Assembly (NCBI GenBank): GCA_963720005.1
Contig: CAVREM010000048.1
Coordinates: 269,093-333,092 of the forward strand
DNA from: an uncultured Acidobacteriota bacterium
GTDB taxonomy: Bacteria; Acidobacteriota; Vicinamibacteria; Vicinamibacterales; CAVVIG01
Direction: 5' to 3'
DNA: 64,000 nucleotides
The notes below the pieces were generated by a model. That model was not told where the DNA came from, made no database searches, and saw nothing but the letters and a program-made list of their open reading frames with translations. The position numbers and the translations under genes are program-made. This document shows positions 1 to 9,229 of this stretch, in pieces. Position 1 is the stretch's first letter. Every line of letters begins with the position of its first letter.

Positions 1-2
1 AG

Positions 3-1225
3 TTGTTCCTCGAACGCGCGCTTCACCTGACGCGCCGCGGTGGACGCCTTGGGCTGGTCCTGCCCTCCGGCGTCACTGTCGATCACGGGAGTGCCAGGCT
101 GCGGCAGCTTCTGCTCTCGCAGAGCAGTGTCGACGCCATCGTCGGGTTCGACAACCGTGCTGGCGTCTTCGCGATCCATCGGAGCATCCGGTTCGTGCTC
201 CTCACCGCCACGAGTGGGCAGCCGACGAATGAAATCGCCTGCCGCCTCGGCGAGCGGAACCCGGCCGCCCTCGAGACGGGTGGCTCCGAAACCGACGACT
301 CCTGGTATCCGGTGCGGATCACGCCGGCTGTGCTCGAGCGCCTGACAGGACCTGACCTGGCGCTGCCCGAGCTCACCTCCCGGATCGACCTGACGATTGC
401 CGAACGTGCCGCCGCGCTCTTTCGTCCACTTGGCGATTCATCAGGGTGGGGGGCGCGCTTCGGCCGCGAGTTGAACGCGACGGACGATCGCGGATACTTT
501 CGTCAAGCGGACCTGAAGGTCCGCACTACCACTAACGGGCGGACCTGAAGGTCCGCACGACACTGGGCGGCAGTCCCGGCCTGCCAATCATCGAGGGCAA
601 GCAGCTCGAACCGTTTGGCGTCGACCTCACGCGCTCGCGCTGGCGCATCGCGCCGAAAGACGCTGAACGCCTTCTCGGAACGCGGCATCGGCACTGGCGC
701 CTCGGGTATCGCGACGTCGCCAGCGCGACGAACCGGACGACGCTGATTGCCGCGATGCTGCCGCCGGGGACGGCGACCACCCACACGGTGTTCTGCTTGC
801 GGACATCGCTGCCGCGCGACGCGCAGAATTTTCTGTGCGCCCTCTTCAACAGCTTCGTCGTCAACTATCTCGCGCGGCTGCGCGTCACGACGCACGTGAC
901 GACGGCCATCGTCGAACGGCTGCCGATCCCGAAGTTCGATGAAGTTCCCGATGCGCCGGAGATCGCGCGGATCGCGACGGCGTTGGGGAACGTCCGGCTA
1001 AAGCCGGACGCTACGAAGCCGGACGCTACGAAGGCAGACACGACGACGACGCCCGTAGCGTCCGGCTTTAGCCGGACGTCCGAACTCGCCAGATTGAACG
1101 CTCTTGTCGCCGGCTGGTATCAGCTGACCGAGGCCGAATTCCGGCACGTGCTCGGCACCTTCCCGCTGGTGCCACTCGAAGAACGCGAGGCGGCGCTGCG
1201 TGAGTTTCAGAACCGCCGCGTTTGA
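3..1225 (+). CDS. N6-adenine DNA methyltransferase / type IIG restriction-modification enzyme, C-terminal part (5' end outside window); frame broken near 539-558
   Basis: ORFs 3..548 and 755..1225 plus hand translation of 542..754 read as one protein (GLPIIEGKQLEPFGVD, RLGYRDVASATNRTTLIAAMLPPGTATTHTVFCL). It resembles Eco57I-family enzymes. The frames differ by +2 because of a 32-nt duplication. Confidence 0.6.
507..558. repeat. two copies of the hairpin unit GCGGACCTGAAGGTCCGCAC, 32 nt apart
   Basis: Copies lie at 507..526 and 539..558. Each is an 8-bp-stem palindrome (GCGGACCT/AGGTCCGC). Confidence 0.9.
992..1078. repeat. REP-like hairpin cluster (GTCCGGCTAAAGCCGGACGCTAC family) inside the methyltransferase ORF
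   Basis: There is a forward unit, an extra GCCGGACGCTAC half-unit and an inverted unit (GTAGCGTCCGGCTTTAGCCGGAC). Translated in frame it reads VRLKPDATKPDATK...VASGFSRT. Confidence 0.85.
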
Positions 1226-1421
1226 GCAAGGTAACGCGTCGCCTTCTCGAGCGCGCGCTGCTCGGCCTCTTCCCGGGTCGATCCGTCGGCGCGCGCGAAA
1301 CGCGCGCCGGGATCGGCGTTGTAGATCGTCGTGTGATACACGTCGCCGAGCCGGTAGGTCTCGATTTCTATCTGCCAGCCGGCCAGTTCGGCGCGGCGAC
1401 GCGAATACCTTCGGGCTTCAT
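1207..1421 (-). CDS. small hypothetical protein (about 70 aa), needs one frame correction
   Basis: Hand translation of the minus strand gives MKPEGIRVAAPN, then ELAGWQIEIETYRLGDVYHTTIYNADPGARFARADGSTREEAEQRALEKATRYLAQTRRF. It shares a G-x-RF...ST-EEA...RYL motif with the ORF at 16712..17121. Confidence 0.25.
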
Positions 1422-1483
1422 GTCTTACCGCGAGGAGCTGCGCGCGATCCAGCGGCGCTCGCTGGCGGCGCAGGTCAGCTGGT

Positions 1484-2324
1484 TCAGGGCTTCTCTACGG
1501 CCGCGCCGACGAGGTTGCCCCACTCGGTCCACGAACCATCGTAGTTCCGCACGTTCTCGAACCCGAGCAGGTACTTCAGCACGAACCACGTATGGCTCGA
1601 GCGCTCGCCGATCCGGCAGTAGGCGATGACCGGTTTGTCGGCCGTGACGCCTTGCGCTCCGTACAAGGCCTTCAGCTCCTCGTAGCTCTTGAACGTGCCG
1701 TCGTCGTTGCACGCCTTCGCCCAGGGAATGCTTTTCGCGCCAGGGATGTGGCCGCCGCGCTGGCAGGTTTCGGGCAGTCCGGGCGGCGCAAGAATTTCGC
1801 CGGTGAACTCCTGCGGGCTGCGGACGTCGACGAGCGAGGCCGACTTGTTCTTCGACGACCTGCTGCACTTCCGGCAGGAACGCGCGCAGCGACATGTCGG
1901 GACCGCTCGCCTTGTAGGTCTTGGCCGGAAACGCCGGCTTGTCGGTGCTCAGCTCGCGCGCCTCGGCGATCCATTTTTTCCGGCCGCCGTCCATGATGCG
2001 GACGTCGTCGTGGCCGTAGATCTTCAGCTGCCAGAAGGCCCACGCCGCGAACCAATTGTTGTTGTCGCCGTACAACACAATCGTCGTCTTGTTGTCGATG
2101 CCGCTATGGCCGAGCAGCTCTTCGAGCTTCTTCATCGGCACGATGTCGCGGACGAGCGTGTCGCAGAGCTCGGTCGTCCAGTTCCAGCCCGCCGCGCCCG
2201 GCACGTGCCCCTGCTCGTAGGCGGTGGTGTCGACGTCGACTTCGACAACGCGCACGCCGGCGTCGGTGGCGTGCTGGGCAACCCAATCGGTCGTGACGAG
2301 TACATTCGGAATGGTGTAAGGCAT
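1484..2324 (-). CDS. sseA: thiosulfate/3-mercaptopyruvate sulfurtransferase (tandem rhodanese), one frame break near 1846
   Basis: N-terminus is [18 protein letters not shown]. After one extra base the hand translation continues [42 protein letters not shown] into ORF 1484..1666 ([20 protein letters not shown] active-site loop). Confidence 0.85.
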
Positions 2325-3347
2325 GTTGACCCTCGCTTTCACGGTCGTTGCAGGCGACCGTAGTCTACGCGGTCGTTGGCAAGCGTGAGCGAGGCCGCTC
2401 AAAGCGGACAATGTTGCCACGGATGGCGAACCGGCGGCATGTGGCTTCAGGACGGCGTACAGCGCCGCCATGATGGGCACGCTCACGTTGTGCCGCTGAG
2501 CTCTGCGGCAGAGGGCGCCCAGCAGCGCTTCGACTTCAATGGGTTTGCCCTGCTGCAGGTCGATGAGGAGCGAGGACCGTGTCGTTCCCGGAATGTCGTC
2601 GATGTAGCCGGCGACGCGTCCTGCCATGCCTTCCGGGACCTGGACCCCTTCGGCGCGCGCGACCGCCTCGACTTCGGCCACCGCTTCGACGAACTGCTGG
2701 CGGATGGTCGCATCGGCCCAGAGCGGGCCGATTGGCACCCGCGCCGCACCGGTGAATCCGGCGAACGGCGCAAGGTAGCAGAACTTCTCCCAGATCGGCA
2801 CGTGCGCATCGGCGACCGGCTCCGACACGATGTCGGCGGACGCGAACGCTTCGTGAAGCGCCTGGACGCGGGCCGAGACGCGCGAGGTGTCACCGGAGAC
2901 CTCGCCAAACACGATCCGCCGGTGCGTCCCGGTCTGTTCGATCACGCCTGGTGCAGCAACTGCCGTCGCGATGTAGGTCGAGCCGCCGATCACCTTCTGC
3001 GCGCCAACCGCCGCGGCCAGCTCATCGACGCTGTCGACGCCGTTCTGGAGGGTCAACGCGATCGCGTCGCCGCGCACGGCGCGCTCGAGCAGGCCCAGCG
3101 CCTCGCCGTTGCTGTAGGCCTTCACGGCGTAGACGACGACCTCGGCCGCCGGCGCGACAGCCGGATCGCTCTCCGCGCGGGCCCGCACCGAAAAATCGCC
3201 GAGCGGACTCTTCACCGAAAGCCCGTCCCGCCTGATCGCGTCGAGGTGCGCGCCGCGCGCGATGAACGTCACCTCGTGACCTGCTCGCGCGAGCTTCGCG
3301 CCGTAGTAGCCGCCGACCGCGCCCGACCCGACAATGGTGAACCGCAT
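2325..3347 (-). CDS. panE: 2-dehydropantoate 2-reductase; 3' end uncertain (no in-frame stop before the sseA start)
   Basis: MRFTIVGSGAVGGYYGAKLARAGHEVTFIARG Rossmann N-terminus and ApbA/PanE-like body, inside the 678-aa ORF 1425..3461. The core ends near LYAVLKP, followed by about 40 extra residues. Confidence 0.8.
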
Positions 3348-3378
3348 CGGTGGAGTATAGTGTCCGGCTGCGACTTCG

Positions 3379-4053
3379 ATGGTGCGGTTCTCTCCCAAGG
3401 CGCTCTCGTTCCTGCGCGCGCTCAAGCGCAACAACAAGCGCGAGTGGTTCAAGGCGCGCAAGGATCAATACGACGCGCTGCTCCGGGCGCCGATGATCGA
3501 GATCATCGAACGGCTGGCCATCGACCTCCGGTCGTTTGCGCCAGACCTGGTCGCCAGCCCGAAGGTGTCGCTGTATCGCGTGTACCGCGACACGCGATTC
3601 TCGGCGAACAAGGCGCCGCTCAAGACGCACGTGGCGGCGGTTTTTCCCTGCCGCGGCCTGCAGAAACACCAGGGCGCCGGCCTCTACTTCGAGGTCTCGC
3701 CGGGCTGGGTCTGGGTCGGCGGCGGCATGTATGCGCCCGAGACCTCGCAGCTGCAGGCCGTGCGCGAGCACATCGCCGCCAATCACCGGCGGCTGCGAGC
3801 GATCGTCGAATCGCCCGGGTTTCGCCGCGAGGTGGGCCGTCTCGAGGGTGAGCAGCTGCAGCGGATGCCCCGCGGCTTTCCGAAGGACCATCCGGCCGGC
3901 GAGTACCTGAAGTACCGGCAGTTCCTCGCCGGCCGGGAATTCCCGGCGGCGTTCGCCACGAGCGCGCGCTTCTACCCGGGCGTCGTGCAGGTGTTCCGGC
4001 AGATTGCGCCGCTCACACGGTTTCTGAACGAGGCATTATTGAAGTCCGGCTAA
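3379..4053 (+). CDS. DUF2461 (TIGR02453) family protein
   Basis: Intact 224-aa ORF. The N-terminus FLRALKRNNKREWFKARKDQYDALL and the YRVYRDTRFSANKAPLKTHV motif are typical of this family. Confidence 0.85.
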   Translation: MVRFSPKALSFLRALKRNNKREWFKARKDQYDALLRAPMIEIIERLAIDLRSFAPDLVASPKVSLYRVYRDTRFSANKAPLKTHVAAVFPCRGLQKHQGAGLYFEVSPGWVWVGGGMYAPETSQLQAVREHIAANHRRLRAIVESPGFRREVGRLEGEQLQRMPRGFPKDHPAGEYLKYRQFLAGREFPAAFATSARFYPGVVQVFRQIAPLTRFLNEALLKSG

Positions 4054-4094
4054 AGCCGGACGCTACATGACGTCCGGCTGAAGCCGGACGCTAC
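4044..4094. repeat. two REP-like hairpins of the same family (intergenic)
   Basis: GTCCGGCTAAAGCCGGACGCTAC at 4044..4066 and GTCCGGCTGAAGCCGGACGCTAC at 4072..4094. Confidence 0.9.
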
Positions 4095-4105
4095 GAAGTC
4101 GAACC

Positions 4106-5741
4106 ATGTCCTTCAACGGTCACCGCCGAGTCCCTCCACCTGTCAACGAACCGGTCCGAGTCGTACGCGCCCGGATCACCTGAACGCGCGTCGCTGAAGG
4201 CGCGCCTCGCCGCGATGGCGCGCGAGACGATTGAGATCCCGCTCGTCATCGGCGGCAGAGACATCCGCACCGGCCAGACCGAGCGATCGGTGATGCCGCA
4301 CGATCACGACCATACGCTCGCCACCTATCACAAGGCGTCTGAAGAGCACGTCGTCCAGGCGATCGACGCGGCGCGGGCGGCGCACGTGGAATGGTCGAGG
4401 TGGGCCTTCGCCGATCGGGCCGCGGTGTTGCTCAAGGCGGCCGAGCTCCTGACAACCACCTGGCGCGACACGGTCAACGCCGCGACGATGCTGGGGCAGT
4501 CGAAGACCGCGTTCCAGGCCGAGATTGATTCCGCCTGCGAGATCATCGACTTCTGGCGGTTCAACGTTCACTACGGCCAGGAACTGCTCGACGAGCAGCC
4601 GATCAGCGATCACACGATGTGGAACCAGCTCGAGTACCGCGCGCTCGAGGGGTTCGTCTACGCGGTGACGCCGTTCAATTTCACCTCGATTGCCGCGAAC
4701 CTGCCGACCGCGCCGGCGCTGATGGGCAACACGGTCGTCTGGAAGCCGGCATCGAGCGCGATGTTCTCGGCGCACGCCATCATGCAGCTGCTCGAGGAAG
4801 CCGGACTACCGCCGGGGGTGATCAACTTCGTCGCCGGCGACGCCGCCATGATTTCCAGGGTGTTGCTCTCGCACCGCGACCTCGCCGGCGTGCACTTCAC
4901 CGGCAGCACCAGCGTCTTCAACGACATGTGGAAGACGATCGGCGCCTCGATGGCGAGCTATCGATCGTATCCACGGATCGTCGGCGAAACCGGCGGCAAG
5001 GACTTCGTCGTCGCGCACCCGTCGGCCGACCCGGCGGCGCTCGCGACGGCGGTGGTTCGCGGCGGGTTCGAGTTCCAGGGACAGAAGTGCTCGGCGGTCA
5101 GCCGCATCTACGTGCCGCGATCGCTGTGGAACGACGTCCGCGATCGGATGACGGCGATGATGGCCGACATCCGAATGGGCGACATCCAGGACTTCCGGAA
5201 CTTCATGGGCGCGGTCATCGACAAGCGCGCGTTCGACAAGATTTCCGGCTACATCGACGCCGCGCGCAAGGACCAGGACGCGACCATCGTCAGCGGCGGG
5301 GAGTGCGACGACCGCGAGGGCTACTTCATCCGCCCGACGCTCGTCGAAACGAAGAACCCCGGCCATCGCCTGCTCTGCGAGGAGATCTTCGGGCCGGTGG
5401 TCACCGCGCACGTGTACGACGATCGTCAGTGGCATGACACACTGGCGCTGGTCGATCGGACGTCGCCGTATGCGCTGACCGGGGCCGTCTTCGCGCAGGA
5501 CCGGAAGGCGATTGTCGAAGCCAGCGCGGCGCTGCGCGACGCGGCCGGCAACTTCTACATCAACGACAAGCCCACCGGTGCCGTCGTCGGCCAGCAACCG
5601 TTCGGCGGCGCACGTGGATCCGGGACCAACGACAAGGCCGGTTCGAAACTGAACCTCGTCCGCTGGGTCAGCGCGCGGACGGTCAAGGAGAACTTCAATC
5701 CGCCAAGGGATTACAGATATCCATTCATGATGGAGGAATAG
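4106..5741 (+). CDS. pruA: L-glutamate gamma-semialdehyde (1-pyrroline-5-carboxylate) dehydrogenase; one frame break near 4160
   Basis: Intact 508-aa ORF 4215..5741 of the aldehyde dehydrogenase family (GETGGKDF, FEFQGQKCSA). The conserved N-terminus MSFNG..VPPPVNEPVR / SYAPGSPERASLKARL lies upstream in the neighbouring frame. Confidence 0.9.
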
Positions 5742-6972
5742 CGACGTTCTGCTCGTCAGAGCGGAGGAGCTGTGTCTTTCGCTTGGGATTGAAGAAGGGC
5801 GTCTTGACGACCCTTGCCTGGACAAGCTGGCGTACCGCCTCGATGGTGATCTCGAAATCGAGCAGCGTTCCTTCGTCGAAGTACGGCGCATCGATTGTCG
5901 CCAGCGCGATCAGCTTCTTCTGCACCGGCGACCACGCGGTGGTGGTGGCCCGGCCCACCTGGTCGCCGTTCTTGTAGACGGGCACCGCCACGCGCGACGC
6001 CGCGGCGGCAATCTGCGGCGCCATCCCGAGATGTTCGTACAACCGCTCGATCGACGGCCAGTCGATCTCGAGACCGACCACCTGGCGTTTCCACCCGGCA
6101 CGTGCCTCGTCGACGAGCGCCTGGCGGCCGACGAAGGCTCCGGCCTCGAGCTGCACGAGCCGGCCGAGGCCCATTTCGAACGGCGAATAGGTTTGCGCGT
6201 CGATCAAGGCCTTCTTGCAGCTCTGGAAGTCGACGTCGATGAGGAGCAGGCCCGCTTCGATGCGCGCCACGTCGAGCGCGAGCATGCCCGCCGGCCGGAT
6301 GTCGAACGGACGCCCGCCGGCCATGAGCGCGTCCCAGACCTCGACCGCGCGATCCCAGGCAACCCAGATCTCGTAGCCGAGGTCGCCCGTGTAGCCCGTG
6401 CGCGAAATGTCGACCGGCACGCCGGCAATCGATCCGCTGGTCATCCGGAAGTATTTGAGGTTGCGGATATCGGCATCCGCAACCGCGTTCAGCAGCCGGC
6501 CGGAGGTGGGGCCTTGCAGCGCCAGGGCGGCCACCTGCTCTGAAATGTCCTCGATGCGAACCTCCAGCCCGGCTGCGTTCTGGGTCAGCCAGCGCAGGCT
6601 CGGATCGGCAGCGGTCCAGCGGAACCGGTCTTCGGCAAGCCGCGTGACCGTCCCGTCGTCGATGACCTTGCCCCGTTCGTCACACCAGGGCGTGTAGTAG
6701 ACCTGGCCCGCGGCGAGCGCACGTGCGTCGCGGGTGATGACGCGATCGACCAGGGTCACGGCGTCGCGGCCGGTCACCAGGTACTTGAACAGCGGCGAGA
6801 CGTCGATGAGCGCCGCCGCGTTGCGGATGGCGTTGTACTCGTGCTCGTGGTGCGCCTCATATGCGCTCACCGCGTAGTAGCCGGACCACTCGCGGTAGTT
6901 CAGGCTCTCGCACAGCGCAAACGTCCGCTCGTGGACGGCGGTTCCGATGGGCATCACGGCGATTATAGTCAC
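5725..6972 (-). CDS. aminomethyltransferase (GcvT/DmdA-like, folate-binding) family protein
   Basis: Intact 415-aa ORF with GcvT-like motifs (ISRTGYTGDLGYEIW, ALDVARIEAGLLL). Its 3' end overlaps pruA convergently by 17 nt. Confidence 0.8.
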   Translation of the reverse strand: MTIIAVMPIGTAVHERTFALCESLNYREWSGYYAVSAYEAHHEHEYNAIRNAAALIDVSPLFKYLVTGRDAVTLVDRVITRDARALAAGQVYYTPWCDERGKVIDDGTVTRLAEDRFRWTAADPSLRWLTQNAAGLEVRIEDISEQVAALALQGPTSGRLLNAVADADIRNLKYFRMTSGSIAGVPVDISRTGYTGDLGYEIWVAWDRAVEVWDALMAGGRPFDIRPAGMLALDVARIEAGLLLIDVDFQSCKKALIDAQTYSPFEMGLGRLVQLEAGAFVGRQALVDEARAGWKRQVVGLEIDWPSIERLYEHLGMAPQIAAAASRVAVPVYKNGDQVGRATTTAWSPVQKKLIALATIDAPYFDEGTLLDFEITIEAVRQLVQARVVKTPFFNPKRKTQLLRSDEQNVAIPPS

Positions 6973-7116
6973 GCGACGAAAACGCGAGTCCAGTCAAGCC
7001 ACGAAAACACGAAACGAAGCTAGCCACGAAAACGCGAAAACACGAAAAACGCTTAATGAGATATGGTTGCTAGCCGTGTCTGGCGCATGAGCCATCTTCT
7101 TTTTGTGCTTCCGTGG
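6970..7116. repeat. inverted repeat built of CACGAAA(A) words
   Basis: The left arm (6970..7051) consists of CACGCGACGAAAA/CCACGAAAACACGAAA words. The right arm CTTCTTTTTGTGCTTCCGTGG lies at 7096..7116. The loop is about 45 nt. Confidence 0.75.
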
Positions 7117-7246
7117 TTAGAAGGTATCTCCAAAAACAAGTAGTTTGCGCTGCGAGCGAGCGCGCGAGCGAGCCATGCGAACGGCCGTCCATAGCTTCGC
7201 GGAGTGAGCCTCCGGCGAAGCGGCGCGCGAGAGCGTGTGGGGGAGT

Positions 7247-7267
7247 CCGAGGGGCGAAGCCCCTCGG
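7247..7267. repeat. GC hairpin CCGAGGGGC-GAA-GCCCCTCGG, 8 nt upstream of the ATG at 7275
   Basis: Perfect 9-bp stem with the same GAA-type loop style as the other REP-like hairpins. Confidence 0.8.
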
Positions 7268-7274
7268 GTAACTA

Positions 7275-8844
7275 ATGCGTTACGACGCGATCGTCATCGG
7301 CGGCGGCCACAACGGCCTGACCGCGGCCGCGTACCTCGCGCGCGCCGGGCGCAAGGTGCTCGTGCTCGAACGGCGGCACGTGCTCGGCGGGGCGGCGGTC
7401 ACCGAGGAGGTGTTTCCCGGCTTCCACTTCTCGGTCTGCTCGTACGTCGTCTCGCTGCTGCGGCCCGAGATCATCCGCGACCTCGACCTGCCCCGGCACG
7501 GCCTCGAGATCCTGCCGCTCGACGGCACGTTCACGCCGATGGCGAACGGCGACCACCTGTGGCGCGTCAACGATCACGCGAAGACCCGGCGCGAGATCGC
7601 GCGTCACTCGCGGCTCGATGCCGAGGCGTACGACGAGTACGGCAAGGCGATGGTCGAGATGGCGCGGTTCGTCAAGCCGATCCTGAACATGACGCCGCCG
7701 GACCCACTGTCGCTGAACCCGCGCGATCTGGGCAAGCTCCTCTTCCTCGGCAAACGCTTTCGCTCCCTGGCAGCCCAGGATCGCCGCAACCAGCTCCAGC
7801 TGATGACGATGAGCGCCGTCGACTTTCTCGATCAGTGGTTCGAGACCGACGTGCTCAAGGCGACGATGTCTGCGTCGGGGATCATCGGCACGTTTCTCGG
7901 CGTGCGCTCGCCGGGGACGGCGTACGTCCTGCTCCACCACTACATGGGCGAGATTGACGGCGCGTTCCGCTCGTGGGGATTCTCACGCGGCGGCACCGGC
8001 GCGATCTCGAACGCGATCGCGGCTGCGGCGCGCGAGGCGGGGGCCGAGATCCGGACCAGCACGAGCGTCGCGCGCATCCGGTCGAGCAACGGTACGGCGA
8101 CCGGCGTCACGCTTGCGAACGGGGACGAGCTCGATGCCACGCTGGTCTTGTCGAGCGTCGATCCGCGGCTGACGTTCCTGAAACTGCTCGATCCGCGCGA
8201 TCTGCCGACCGAGTTCGTCGACGAGGTGCGGCGCTTCAAGTTCCGGGGCTCGTCGGGCAAGGTCAACCTCGCGCTCGACGCGCTGCCCAACTTCACGTCG
8301 CTGCCTGGCGCCGGGCCCCCATCTGCGCGGCGCCATCTCGATCTCTCCGAGCGTTGATCACATGGAGCGGGCGTACGACCAGGCGAAGTACGGCGCGTTC
8401 TCGACCCGGCCCTACATCGACATGGTGATTCCGACGCTCACCGATCCGTCGGTGGCGCCGCCAGGCAAGCACATCCTGTCCTGCTTCGTGCAATACGCGC
8501 CGTATGCGCTGGCGAACGGCACGTGGGACGAGCAGCGCGAGGCGTTTGGCGACGCCGTGATCGACACGCTCGCCGAGTTCGCGCCGAACATCCGCGACAT
8601 CATCCTGCACCGGCAGGTCCTGACCCCGCTGGACCTCGAACGCGAGTTCGGGCTGTCGGAGGGCAACATCTTCCAGGGCGAGCTGACGCTGGAGCAGCTG
8701 TTCTTCCTGCGCCCCGCCCCCGGTTGGGCGCAGTACACGACGCCGATCCGCAACCTGTGGATGTGCGGCTCGGGCGCGCATCCGGGTGGAGGGATCATGG
8801 GGGCGCCGGGGCGAAATGCGGCGCTCAAGATCCTGAACAAATGA
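7275..8844 (+). CDS. NAD(P)/FAD-dependent oxidoreductase, phytoene desaturase (CrtI/COG1233) family; frame break near 8325
   Basis: N-terminus is YDAIVIGGGHNGLTAAAYLARAGRKVLVLERR. ORFs 7275..8357 and 8362..8844 join as LPGAGP-HLRGAISISPSVDHMERAYDQAKYG once one C is removed from a CCCCC run. Confidence 0.8.
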
Positions 8845-8858
8845 TGACGGTCACGCAG

Positions 8859-8912
8859 TCGTTCGTTCGTTCGTTCGGGTCTTCGGATCGTTCGTACGTT
8901 CGTCATTCGTCG
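8859..8912. repeat. GTCGTTC-word array (left arm of the pair flanking the four-helix-bundle remnant)
   Basis: GTCGTTCGTTCGTTCGTTCGGGTCTTCGGATCGTTCGTACGTTCGTCATTCGTC. Confidence 0.8.
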
Positions 8913-9133
8913 GTGAACCGTGCGCAACTCGCCGGCGAAAGGTACCCGTCGAATCCTTCAGAGATCGTTTCGTGTAGCAAGGGCGCGGCAAATCGCGAAT
9001 CTGATATGCCAACGATTTGAATCTGGCGAGGCCGGGCCAGTGGCAGTTAATGTGTACACCTCGAGCTTCAATGCGTCGCGACCTGCCAGGCATCGAGATC
9101 TTCGAACTTTCGCGCATCATGCACGCTGCGCAT
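8903..9133 (-). pseudogene. degraded four-helix-bundle protein gene (TIGR02436 / 23S rRNA-IVS protein / Avd-like family)
   Basis: Hand translation across three frames gives MRSVHDARKFEDLDAWQV, then RDALKLEVYTLTATGP, then IR..AAPLLHETISEGFDGYLSPASCARF. This matches the family N-terminus (F.dL.vWq) and the NIaEGf.r motif. It is shorter than the roughly 120-aa family members. Confidence 0.45.
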
Positions 9134-9169
9134 CACGCCTGTGCCTTCGTGTTTTCGATCGGCGCATGC

Positions 9170-9216
9170 CCGACGAACGACGAACGAGGAGCGTAGAACG
9201 CGAACGACGAACGACG
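9170..9216. repeat. GAACGAC-word array (right arm, inverted relative to 8859..8912)
   Basis: CGACGAACGACGAACGAGGAGCGTAGAACGCGAACGACGAACGACG. Confidence 0.8.
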
Positions 9217-9229
9217 TGGAGCGCGCCGC

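Noticed and set aside
4215-5741. P5C dehydrogenase as a possible aldehyde-dehydrogenase signature enzyme for the BMC shell gene.
   Set aside because: It lies 10 kb away in an unrelated context. It shows the ordinary PruA N-terminus rather than an encapsulation-peptide extension, and it belongs to a different aldehyde dehydrogenase subfamily from BMC-associated acylating enzymes.
4806-5891. Long antisense or off-frame ORFs: 4806..5891, 14289..15470, 59809..60867, 2376..3851, 26141..28171, 52869..53975, 56144..57700 and many shorter ones.
   Set aside because: Each overlaps a gene with clear family motifs on the other strand or frame, and each has Arg/Pro/Gly-rich low-complexity translation. 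These are expected stop-poor shadow frames in roughly 70% GC DNA.
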